DNA from: Octopus bimaculoides
Lineage: Eukaryota
Assembly (NCBI RefSeq): GCF_001194135.2
Contig: NC_069004.1
Span: 36,039,551-36,080,075 of the forward strand
DNA length: 40,525 bases
Direction of reading: 5' to 3'
In this document: positions 25,219 to 35,772 of the stretch, piece by piece
Numbering within the stretch: the stretch's first letter is position 1
Layout of the letters: every line of letters begins with the position of its first letter
Notes under the pieces: model-generated
Seen by the model: only the letters and a program-made list of their open reading frames with translations
The model's database searches: none
What the model was told of the DNA's origin: nothing
Program-made: the position numbers and the translations under genes

Positions 25219-25757
25219 CCTCATCTCTTGCCCCTAAAGGACCTCTAAAAGGTAAACAAGTGGATCCTCATCTCTTGCCCCTAAAGGACCTCTAAAAGGT
25301 AAACAAGTGGATCCTCATCTCTTGCCCCTAAAGGACCTCTAAAAGGTAAACAAGTGGATCCTCATCTCTNNNNNNNNNNNNNNNNNNNNNNNNNNNNNNN
25401 NNNNNNNNNNNNNNNNNNNNNNNNNNNNNNNNNNNNNNNNNNNNNNNNNNNNNNNNNNNNNNNNNNNNNNNNNNNNNNNNNNNNNNNNNNNNNNNNNNNN
25501 NNNNNNNNNNNNNNNNNNNNNNNNNNNNNNNNNNNNNNNNNNNNNNNNNNNNNNNNNNNNNNNNNNNNNNNNNNNNNNNNNNNNNNNNNNNNNNNNNNNC
25601 AAGTGGATCCTCATCTCTTGCCCCTAAAGGACCTCTAAAAGGTAAACAAGTGGATCCTCATCTCTTGCCCCTAAAGGACCTCTAAAAGGTAAACAAGTGG
25701 ATCCTCATCTCTTGCCCCTAAAGGACCTCTAAAAGGTAAACAAGTGGATCCTCATCT
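25219..25757. repeat. 47-bp minisatellite (CCTCATCTCTTGCCCCTAAAGGACCTCTAAAAGGTAAACAAGTGGAT)n interrupted by a gap
   Basis: Units start at 25219, 25266, 25313 and 25360, and again at 25609, 25656 and 25703. All visible full units are identical; gap at 25370-25599. Confidence 0.95.
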
Positions 25758-26018
25758 TTCAACCACTTTACCACCACCACCACCACCATCACCAACAGAT
25801 AATGAAGCTTCTACATGACCACTCAGTCAGACAGAAATAGCAACTAAATTCTTACTGCCTTCAATAATGCACTGCTCTTTAATAGTCAGGATGGTCATTA
25901 CTGGAATGCCTCTCTTTGATCTTTCGATCTGTTGGACTATAGCCGATATCTGAAGTAAGTAACTACTACAACAACAACAACATTTGTTCTATTTAAAAAT
26001 GAACAACTGTGTTTGTTG

Positions 26019-26055
<37 letters not shown>

Positions 26056-26295
26056 AGGTATGTGAGTGAATGTATATGTATGCATTTGTGTATGAATGCA
26101 TGTGTATATGTATGTATATGATTGTGTGTGTGTGTGTATATCATGAACTCTCCAATCAGAAGACAACATAGGAAGGTTCAGCAATTTCTTGCTGAACAAC
26201 CACGCAGATAATTTGTTTGTAGTGATCACTCCCTCCATCAAATCGACATTACCTGAACAGGTGCACCGTGTGCCACATGTCAAATGACAAAATGA

Positions 26296-26380
26296 TCGCA
26301 CACAACACAAAGCCCAGCCTGCGAATTGAAAGCATGATCTTGCACTCGTGAACACAGCACCCTAACCACTAAGCCATGCA
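26296..26380 (-). mobile_element. tRNA-derived SINE head
   Basis: Minus-strand TGGCTTAGTGG A-box and degenerate B-box, similar to the head at 430-521. Confidence 0.6.
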
Positions 26381-26407
26381 TGCATAATAATAATAATAAT
26401 AATAATA

Positions 26408-26440
<33 letters not shown>

Positions 26441-26451
<11 letters not shown>

Positions 26452-26704
26452 TCTAAGATGAAATTTATAAATATTTGATACATCGCTACGTGTGTTTCCA
26501 CAAATCACCTGATTTTAACATCAAAGTTGGTATCCTTGGGATTAGTACAGTATAGTCTGTATTATCAGCGGGCATCCGGTTGATCTTCGTCATTGATTCA
26601 TTTTTGATCAACTGGATGCCCATGGATAATACAGACTATACTGTGCTAATCCAAAGGATATGGACTCTAAATATTTATAAATTCCATCCTAGAATTATTA
26701 TTAT
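26441..26704. repeat. Bipartite fold-back inverted repeat
   Basis: Inner arms 26531-26585 and 26606-26660 (55 bp, 6 mismatches, 20-nt loop). Outer arms 26441-26476 and 26669-26704 (36 bp, 2 mismatches). Confidence 0.9.
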
Positions 26705-26978
26705 TATATTCAACCTACATTATATCAGTGTAACCATGATGCAGCCCTGAAAATCTGACTCCCTAGTCAGTATCATTAGACAGTAATTGGCATAATGAAA
26801 TAGGGGCTTTATTTGCATACCCCCTTATGTTACCATAAACGAATTTAAAAGATATTAGCATAGATCTGATGGTGATATCTCTATAAGGTATATACACACA
26901 CACACACACCTCCCTATAAACATACATTAGGTTTGGAAGGCTGACGTTAAACGATGATGATGATGATATCTTATTAAA

Positions 26979-27098
26979 ACTGAGGTGAGAGTTTGTATCA
27001 CAATTGAAGTTTCATGCCAGTGTGATCATCAGGTTAGTTTTGCTTGATGATTGCATTGGTGTGAAACTCAAGTCATGAGACAAACTCTCAGTTTCAGT
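26979..27098. repeat. Imperfect hairpin / palindromic MITE-like element
   Basis: Arms 26979-27033 and 27043-27098, 9-nt loop. Confidence 0.85.
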
Positions 27099-27959
27099 GT
27101 TAATAAAAAAAAACTATATCATCCACATTTATTGAGCACTCCTTTTCCATTTGTTTGACATTAACGTGTGTGTGTGTGCGTGCATATATATATATATATA
27201 TATAAACATGCACATACAGAGATTCTAAACCAAAGTGTATGTATAAAACTGAAGTGGTCATAATAACAACATTGTTTCAGGTTTCTGGTGAAAATTCCCA
27301 GTTACTAATGGAAGTCCCTCCTCGATCACTTCAAATGAGTAGAGACATGAATCTTGAGAAGGGACCACAGTCAGATTCAGTAAATCTTATTCCACTTCTA
27401 CCTTGATGAGAACTTATGTTTGCTTAAATTCACATGCAATTCATTCATTTCATGAGAGAGAGACAGACAGACAGACAGAGAAGAGAGAGAGTGTGTGCAC
27501 ATGTGCATGTCAGTGTAGACACACACACGGGCCTGTACACACACACACACAATACGTAGACTGAACTTCAGTGAAAGCATCTTGTGCAGGGAAGCAATAA
27601 CTTTAAATAAAAACCAACACAGTTTGGAAGGGCCACTTAAATCCATTCAGACAAACCTTCAGGTACTGGTAGCATGATGAAAGGCACCAAATCCATTCTG
27701 TGACACAATGCCACAAATAAAAAAATGATAGAAGAGACTGTAGAGCCTGACTGCGTCTACAGGAATAACCTTTACTACTTTAGTACGGCAAAGAGCAATG
27801 GGTCCTTGGGTACACCTGACCAAGTGAGAAAACCTCGTGAAGGTCATCAGTAATAGCACGCTTCCTGAAAACAGACTCCAGATATCAACCCATCCACCAT
27901 TAACAGAAGGTCAGGGCTGCAACCATCAATGTTAATAAAGCGAAAGATAAATCGGGTGA

Positions 27960-28995
27960 AATTGTTGGGATGCTAGACTAGAAGCATGAAGGTGATTTTA
28001 CTTGGCTAGATGCGTCTCCCCAAATACAGCAAATTGCAACAACAACTCCTGGTCTCTTGTCATTTCCTCAGTGAGGTCCAGTGTCTGAAGATCCTTTCTC
28101 ACCACTTCATCCCACATCTTCCGGGGTCAACCCTTTCCATAGGTTCCCTCTGCAATTAGAGCTTAGTATTTCTTCATGTGGCTGTCCTCATCCATTCACA
28201 TCACATGACCAAACCAGTGCCGTCTTCTCTCTTGCAAACCACATGATGCCTCTTATACCTAGCTTCCTTCTTAAGTCATCATTTACACTCTGTCGTGCAT
28301 GCACACTGACATTACTCATCTAGTGGAGCATGCTAGCTTCATTTCTTTCAAATCTTTGCAAGTCCTCTGTTGTCAAAGCCCATGCTTCACTGCCATGTAG
28401 CATGGCTGTTCCCACACAGGCATCATACAATCTGCCTTTCACTCTGAGGGAGAGGCTCTCAGTTACCAACAAAACGTAGAAGCTCTCTCAACTTTTCCCA
28501 GCCTCTTATTCTAGCAACTACACTTTCAGAACTTCCTCTTCCACTGTTAACTTCGTCTCCTGGGTAATAGAAGCTATCTATTACGTCTAATGACTCCCAA
28601 CAAGCATTTAAAGGAATCTACTGTCTGCCCATTTTTAGTGCTTATTATACCCACACATTCGACACACACAAAGACTATATTCTCCGTTAACCTTCCTGTG
28701 ATACCACTGCACCTCTTATGTGTCCAAAACTTGCACTGGGTACAACGTATGGAGTTTCTACCAATACCCTTCTTACATATCGAACAGGGCCATTTCCTTG
28801 TGATTTGTCTATTTTCCTACTTACTAGTATTTTGGTTTTTGCCAAATAAATCCTAAGGCCCTTAGATTCCACATCTGAAATTTTTCCTCCAGGTCAGATA
28901 CTGATTCAGCTAGAAGAACAAGGTCACCAGCATAGAGGAGCTCCAGTGGTGGCTGGTCTTGAATTCCTGTGTTATGGTCTGGAGGATTAAAATAA
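27960..28995 (-). mobile_element. RTE-like non-LTR retrotransposon 3' fragment (RT end, PHD finger, C-terminal region), frameshifted
   Basis: ELLYAGDLVLLAES (YADD changed to YAGD at 28934-28923), ESKGLRIYLAKTKILVS, a C4HC3 finger at 28786-28655, then RVKGRLYDACVGTAMLHGSEAW, typical of the RTE-type ORF2 C-terminus. Confidence 0.85.
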
Positions 28996-29099
28996 GTGGG
29001 GACTGAGAACCGTTCCTAGGTGAACTCCTACTTGTACACTGAATTCATTGTTATACCTGTTGCCAACCCTCATCTTCTTGACAGCAACCCTTTACATGG

Positions 29100-29217
29100 C
29101 TTGTGCAGCTCTCACTAACCCTCATCTATCCCTAGCTTGCACATTGACCACCAGATAAGGGGGTGTGGTCAATGTGGAAGCTAGGGATAGATGGGTGGTT
29201 AGAGAGAGCTGAACAAG
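29100..29217. repeat. Hairpin-forming inverted repeat
   Basis: Arms 29100-29151 and 29165-29217, 13-nt loop, 4 mismatches and 1 indel. Confidence 0.9.
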
Positions 29218-31044
29218 TGTAATATTAGTGAGTATGGGTGATGTGGTGTGGATAAGCTGAGAGATAAACTAAGTATAAGAGGAATCAAATGCGAGAGAGA
29301 GAGAGAGAGAGAGAACTGTAATGAAATGTGTATGGATGATAAGAGATGGTTAAAGCAGTGGAGAAGATCAAAGTGGAAGGAAATTATGGAAGATGAAAGT
29401 TGTGGTAGACGTAGGCAGAAGTGGTGAAAGCTGGAAATCACAAAAGACAAAGAAATATAACAATTGGTGAGATGCTGTGTTGGTGAGGATCAGTGCAATC
29501 CATGCCAGCAGGAAAAACAGACACAAAAATGAAGATGATGCCAAGTAAAATCTAGTGAAGAAATAACAGCTAAACTGTAGAAAGTCTGAGAATAGAAGCA
29601 CGGTTGATTGTGCCATTTTAACCATGCAGCCCACTTGTCCACTACAGACTAAGTCTTTACAAATGCTACAATCAGGGGACTCCAACCTAAATCCTTTTCT
29701 TTCCAAAACAGAAATTTATAGAGAAGTTATGAAATATATACAAATGTGTTTTGATAGGGTCATTTTACCAATAAAAAAACACATGCACTGCTTCCAATTG
29801 CTTGCTTAATATTATTATTATTACTAGTCAAATAGTAATTAACCAATTAGTTAAGTGATTAATCAATCCTTCTAACAACCACTTGATCATCGAGAGGGTT
29901 TGTCAGTCCTTTTCCTCACCTGCCAAACTAGCTGAATGATTGATTGATCAGATTAACTATAAGTTAATTAGCTAATGAGTTAACTAGTTGACTAATAATA
30001 AGGGTTTCGAATTTTGGCACAAAGCCAGCAACTTTTAGAGTGAGGAGCTAGTTGATTACTTCAACCAAAATACTTCACTGGTACTTTATTTAATTGACCC
30101 CAGAAGGATGAGAAGCAATGCTGATCTCAGCGATATTTGAACACAGGATGTAAAAAAGCTGGAAGAAATACTGTTACAAAAATTGTCCAACTCACTGCCT
30201 TGACTAATAATAATAATAATGACAAAATATAAAGTCTACAACTTTGTGTTTATAATGGCAAAACGACCGCCTCACAATACACTATATGGTTCAACACAAA
30301 ACATCTTACAAAATAAATACAAAACGTGTGTGTGTGTGTCTTTATACAAACCGGCCTCACTTTTGTTAATCCATATTAGTAAACCGTAACAGACAGAGGG
30401 AGAGAACTCCAATCTTACTAAAAGATAAAAATTCATCTGATTCAGTCAATAAAACGGTGTGTGTGTGTGTGTTACTCAATTCCCACTTATAACATATTGA
30501 GACCAGAAAGTATATAAAGTGTAAACTTATTGTATAGACCAAAGCATAAGAGTAGACACGTATTTCAATTATACTTATTACAAACATATAAAGGTATACA
30601 TACTCTCAGATGTAAGCATTGAGGTGGAGGTATACAAAAATCTCCAAACTTTTTTAAAAGTTTGTTTTAACCAGAGGCCAGTTGTTTAATAAGAGACGAT
30701 GGAGTAGAACTGCTGTTGCTATCAACACTTCAACCCCCCCCCCCCCATCACACAGAGTCAACACTTCCAGCAGTTCAACCCACCAGCCTAGAAAAAGGGA
30801 CTTCCATGCACTGTGCTCAAAATTATAAAAGACTACCTCCTCAGTTGCATAAAATAATTCAGTTTAATATAATGCTAGCAAGGAACACGGACGTTAAATG
30901 ATGATAATTAGTATTAAATACAGTTAGTACATCTTCTAATTGAAAGATGAAACTGAGAAAATGACAGTTGTTAGTTAATAAAATTAGTTTAAAGAATAGA
31001 GAACTTTCAAAAGTTTGAGGTTTTGGGGGAAATTCATTTAAATG

Positions 31045-32224
31045 TTGGGTTGGTGCATAATTATTGCAGCTTTTTTCAACAAAAACATCTTTAAATGATT
31101 ATTTCAAAGCATATTCACCATCTACTTCAATTTCTGCTTCCCATTTGCTTGACAGACAGTCGATTCCACAAGCGAAGAAGTTAATGTTCTTAGAGGCAAT
31201 CTGCTCTTTGACGGTGGCCACCAAGTCCTCCAAGTCAACTTTTCAGCGATCGATTGACATGATAGTCCGTGGATGCTTCTGTGGGAGAATATGGCAGATG
31301 AGGAAGCTGTTCCCAGCCCTTATTGGCAATAGATTCAACAACACAATGCTCAACATGTGTATGTGCATTATCATGGTTGAAGACAATATGGTTCCTTTTG
31401 CGCAGTCTTTTCGTTATGATTGCAGCATGAATGCAGTTGCTGTTGATATTTAATTGCTGCTTGCCGTTTTTGTCTGAAATCTACCACTGTTGGCACTCAT
31501 TGGCGTTATTCCACCAATAACAAATCCTGCTTCAGATGATTTCCCAGTGAATGATTCCACTTTTGTCCCACCAAACACACCTTACAGTGGACACCTGTCA
31601 GTATTCCTTTGGGTGAAATACAAACCTTCTTTCTTTTGATGTTTTTGAAGAGAAGCCACGATTCATCCCCAGTGATGAGATTCTTCAGGAAAGGGGTTTG
31701 CTCATTTTGCTGCAGTAAATCAGTAAAAATTTGGACACGCTTGGCTTTGTTGTTATCAGAGAGTTCGTGGGGGACCCACCCAGCCAATTTCCATACTTTT
31801 CCGAGCTTTTTGAGATGACGAACGATGGTCAAATGGTCCACATTGAAGTCTTAGGCCAACATTCGTGTTGTCAAGCTTTTGTCCATTTCCACAGCTGCCA
31901 AAAGTGCCTGCTCGTTGAAATTTGATGGTCAACCTCTTCCTTTTTTCATCTGCAAGGTTTGTATCGGCCGATTTGAACTTCCTGAACCATCTCTCAACTT
32001 GGCTTTTACTGATTGCTCCTTCACCAAAAAGTTCATTGAGATCGCGAAATGACTGTGTTGCATTCCAACCTTTCTCAAAGTGGTAGAGCATAATTTGACG
32101 AATGTAGATCTGATTTTTCGATATGCATTTTTATGAAAAAAAAGCTGACCGTCATTTAAAGATGCTTTTGTTAAATACTGTTATTTTTGTTGAAAAAAGC
32201 CGTAATAATTATGCACCAACCCAA
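31045..32224 (-). mobile_element. Near full-length mariner (DD34D) DNA transposon, frameshifted and inactive
   Basis: 41-bp TIRs at 31045-31085 and 32184-32224 differ at 2 positions. TA flanks the right end and TG the left. Transposase fragments include the HTH (MLYHFEKGWNATQSFRDLNELFG...VERWFRKFK), WVPHEL, TGDESW, HDNA (D at 31372-31370) and a third D at 31267-31265, with 34 residues between the last two aspartates. Confidence 0.95.
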
Positions 32225-32440
32225 TAGAAGGGGTTCTCTGTAATGAGTGACTGCACTATACATACACAACTGGGTCCAGCCATACACTGCTAAACCACAC
32301 ACAGCCAGATGAAATAACATTTCAGAGTTAGGACTGGCCACGCATTTTGCCAGGTCAAGTAAATAGGTTCCACACCATACAAAGAAAAGCTGTGGATGAA
32401 GGAGAGAAGTCGAAAACGAAAGATAATGAAGCTGCCCTAC

Positions 32441-32519
32441 CTGACCTCTCTTCAGTCCAAAATACCTGGCAACAGGGTCCCCTTGTTGGACACGGGGCAG
32501 TTGTGATTCCTTTAACTTA
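32441..32519 (-). CDS. POLR2E: RPB5 coding exon 7 ([26 protein letters not shown])
   Basis: Acceptor tgtctcaccag, donor GTAGGG, 79 nt. Conserved QLPR...[11 protein letters not shown] motif. Confidence 0.97.
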
Positions 32520-32955
32520 CTGGTGAGACAGGAATTAAGGAGAAAATAAAGGTTTCAAATTTGGAACAGGGCCAGCAGTTTCTTTTGGTGGGGGGTGTAG
32601 ATGGGGAAGGTGTGAGTGCAGGTGCATGTGTGGAGGGGAAGGGTGCATTTGAATGAAAGAAGAGAGAGAGAGAGTGTGTGTGTGTGTGTATTCATACATA
32701 TTTAAGGAAGTATATGTTTTTTACTGTCATCACAGAACAGGTTTAAATAGAAGGGAAAGGAGGGAGAGAGAGAGAAAAGTGAAGAGACGATAAGAAAAAG
32801 AGATAAACAAGGGAAGTAGAAAGGGGGAGAGGAGAGAGAGCAAAACAGCATGTGTGAGTGTATATACACACATACACACGTATATATATATGCGGGGAGA
32901 TGTGTTTAATGAGACAAAACAACAACAGCAGCAGCAGTCACAGTCTAAAGGATAC
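32520..32955 (-). other. U12-type (minor spliceosome) GT-AG intron, POLR2E intron 6
   Basis: The 5' splice site GTATCCTTT (32955-32947) matches the RTATCCTT consensus. A branch-site-like TCCTTAAT (32541-32534) lies about 15 nt before the AG. Confidence 0.9.
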
Positions 32956-33014
32956 TATCGCTGCAACAGTTCAGACTTCTCTTCGGGTGTCATCACAACA
33001 TGTTCTGGAACCAA
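32956..33014 (-). CDS. POLR2E: RPB5 coding exon 6 (LVPEHVVMTPEEKSELLQR-Y)
   Basis: Acceptor ttttattatttccag, 59 nt. Followed by the U12-type donor GTATCCTTT. Confidence 0.97.
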
Positions 33015-33123
33015 CTGGAAATAATAAAAAGAAGTAAAATCAATATTTCTTAATCAGAGTTCAAACTCCGCTGAGGTCGACTTTGCCTTTCATCCTTTCA
33101 GGATGGTTACATTAGAATTTTAA

Positions 33124-33464
33124 AGGTTTATGTCTGAACTAATTACGTCCGTTAATAAGATTTCAATATTCCTATAGTATTACCCTCATCATTAGAACCA
33201 TCAATAATCTGCAACATTTATAATTTCATCTTTGATCATCAGGTGATGGTTTATTCGGGGATGTGTAAATAACTCCAGGTTGAACTTGAACTCGGATCCC
33301 ATATTTCTACATAAAATATTCCTAATATTGTAATGCCTGAGATCTCTGTTGTTGACAAATCAAACCACCTCCAACATATTTGTAGAGGGATTTGCCGATA
33401 AATAAAATTTCAGCTCTAATAACCACATGAAATAATCTTAATAACATTCATCTCAGATAAACCT
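33124..33464. mobile_element. TTAA-flanked non-autonomous DNA element (Kolobok-like termini)
   Basis: TTAA at 33120-33123 and 33465-33468. Termini AGGTTTAT...ATAAACCT are exact inverses, with weaker subterminal complementarity. Confidence 0.55.
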
Positions 33465-33468
33465 TTAA

Positions 33469-33829
33469 CCCTTCAGCATTAATAAAACTGACTTCGTCTG
33501 TGATGGTGCCATGTAAAAAGCACTCAGCCCACTCTATGGAGTGGTTGGCACTAAAAAGAGCATTCAGCTAAAGAAGGTGTAGGCCTCTGCCTGGCCAACT
33601 CCTGTCAAACTGTCCAATCATGCCACCATGGAAGGAAGATGATGATGATGATGATAACTGTCAAATGTAGTACATATTTATTTCCAGTGTTTTCAATTAT
33701 GTTTTATCTTGATTTCAATGATATTATTACATATTTTAGAATGACATTGTATGGTAGGTGAGAGGTCAGATGTGGCTGGATTGAATAGAAAACAAGTAGA
33801 ATATTTTGGCCACCTAAAATGTTAAAGAG
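33469..33829 (-). mobile_element. TTAA-flanked piggyBac-like MITE carrying a SINE-like insertion (about 33505-33655)
   Basis: TTAA-CCCTTCAGCATT left end and AATGTTAAAGAG-TTAA right end. The interior is recognisably homologous, in inverted orientation, to 38038-38260. Confidence 0.6.
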
Positions 33830-34283
33830 TTAATCAATTGAATGAATTTTCAATCAATCAATTGGAAAATGAGCAGAGAAAAAAATTAAATTCAAGGACA
33901 TGACAACCTCTCCAGTGTAGTACCTGGTCCACCTTGTATAATGTACCCAAATATACCTTATAAAGTAATTAGTGTTGAGAAGGGCATCCACCGGTAGTGG
34001 AAACATATGAACAAGACAGGATCCTTTGGCCCCTTGAAAAGGTTAGTAATTTTGAAAAAGAACTGATTTAGACTGTGATGATCCCATCCAACTGCAAGGA
34101 GAGCAGTCATAAAATGATGAATCAACAAAATTGTCAATAAATAAATAGAATTTTCAACATTTGAACAGCAAAATTCTGATCAAGCATTAGGATTTTCAAT
34201 GACTAATCAATAGAGTTATCCTGAATGAATATTCTGAGTTAGTTTGAAATCAAACTCTCTAAACATGGTCACAACAGACTTAC

Positions 34284-34364
34284 CATGTGTGATGTGATGT
34301 TTACCAATAATTCTGCTTCCAAAAACTGTTCCAGAATATATTTTGGTGCCATGTCTACCAGAGC
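34284..34364 (-). CDS. POLR2E: RPB5 coding exon 5 ([27 protein letters not shown])
   Basis: Inside ORF 34269..34451. Acceptor ttcctgaccag, donor GTAAGT, 81 nt. Confidence 0.97.
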
Positions 34365-34959
34365 CTGGTCAGGAATATAACAAAATAATGAATTAATAAC
34401 ATATATATACATATATATATATTGAAACAACATACCATACACCATCAACATAAAATATGTTTCAAAAACATGAAACTTGCAAGATCTGACCTGGAGGTGC
34501 TAAAACACACCAGCTGCTGTTATTGTATAACCCTAGGTCAGTTCAGCTTGAGGAGACTACTGATCAAAAATTAATGGAGTGGTGAGTGAAACTTAACAGA
34601 TGGAAACTGAATGGAAGCCTGCTACGTGTCATCTTCATCTTTTAATGTCTGTCTTCATTTCCAGTCTTCCATTGAAAAAACATGTCTGACCAAGTGAGGG
34701 TTGGCAACAGGAAGCGCATCCAGCTGTAGAACATCTGCCTCAACATATTGTCTGGCCTATGCAATCATGGAAAAATGGATGCTAAATGATAATGAGGACA
34801 CACTCTATAAACACAATTAGGCCCCTCACCTAATTTCCTCACTCCAACTCTTCGTTCTCTATTTGCCAATCTCCCCATCGTTTGCTTCATGTGGCAGTGA
34901 TGCTCATTTACAGCATCATGTCAGGACAAAGATAGAGACACATGCATACAAATATGATG

Positions 34960-35116
34960 GGCTTCTTTCAGTTTCCATCTACCAAATCTACTCACTCAAG
35001 TCTTTGGTTGGCTTGGGGCTATAGTACAGTACACTTGCCAAAAGTGCTTCACAGAGGGCCTGAACCAGAGGCCAAATGGTTGGGAAGCAAGCTTCTAAAC
35101 CACACAGCTTTGCCTG
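34960..35116 (-). mobile_element. SINE family A, head and body
   Basis: cttctttcagtttccatctaccaaatc...ggggctatag...aagcttctaaaccacacagc. Confidence 0.7.
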
Positions 35117-35398
35117 TGTCTATATGTACGTGTGAGATCCAGTCGACAACACCATGACATGTCTATGTATGAAATAAAGTATAAAATAAAGGTTGGTGTT
35201 GAGAAGAGCATTCAACAAAGCAAACTGTTGCAAGAAATCTCATCTAACCCTTGGCCCTGATACAAAGTGGGAGGCGGGGGAAAAAAAAAGATCAATGCCC
35301 GGTACAAGTTTTGGTTTTGTGCAGTTTCCATAAAATATAAGAAACAAATGTAGATATATTTTAGTCTTATCGTTTGAGATAAGCATCAAACTGCATTA

Positions 35399-35623
<225 letters not shown>

Positions 35624-35736
35624 TTAAAAAAAAAAAAAAACAGAAACAAAAAACTTACTAACATTTAGGAAACAGTAGTGAATCTAAGTGAATCACCAGG
35701 GATACAAATATATGGAAATAATAATGGAAAGAAAGT

Positions 35737-35772
<36 letters not shown>

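Noticed and set aside
25219-25757. Regular repeats superficially resembling a CRISPR array
   Set aside because: The units are head-to-tail with no unique spacers, the context is eukaryotic, and there are no cas genes.
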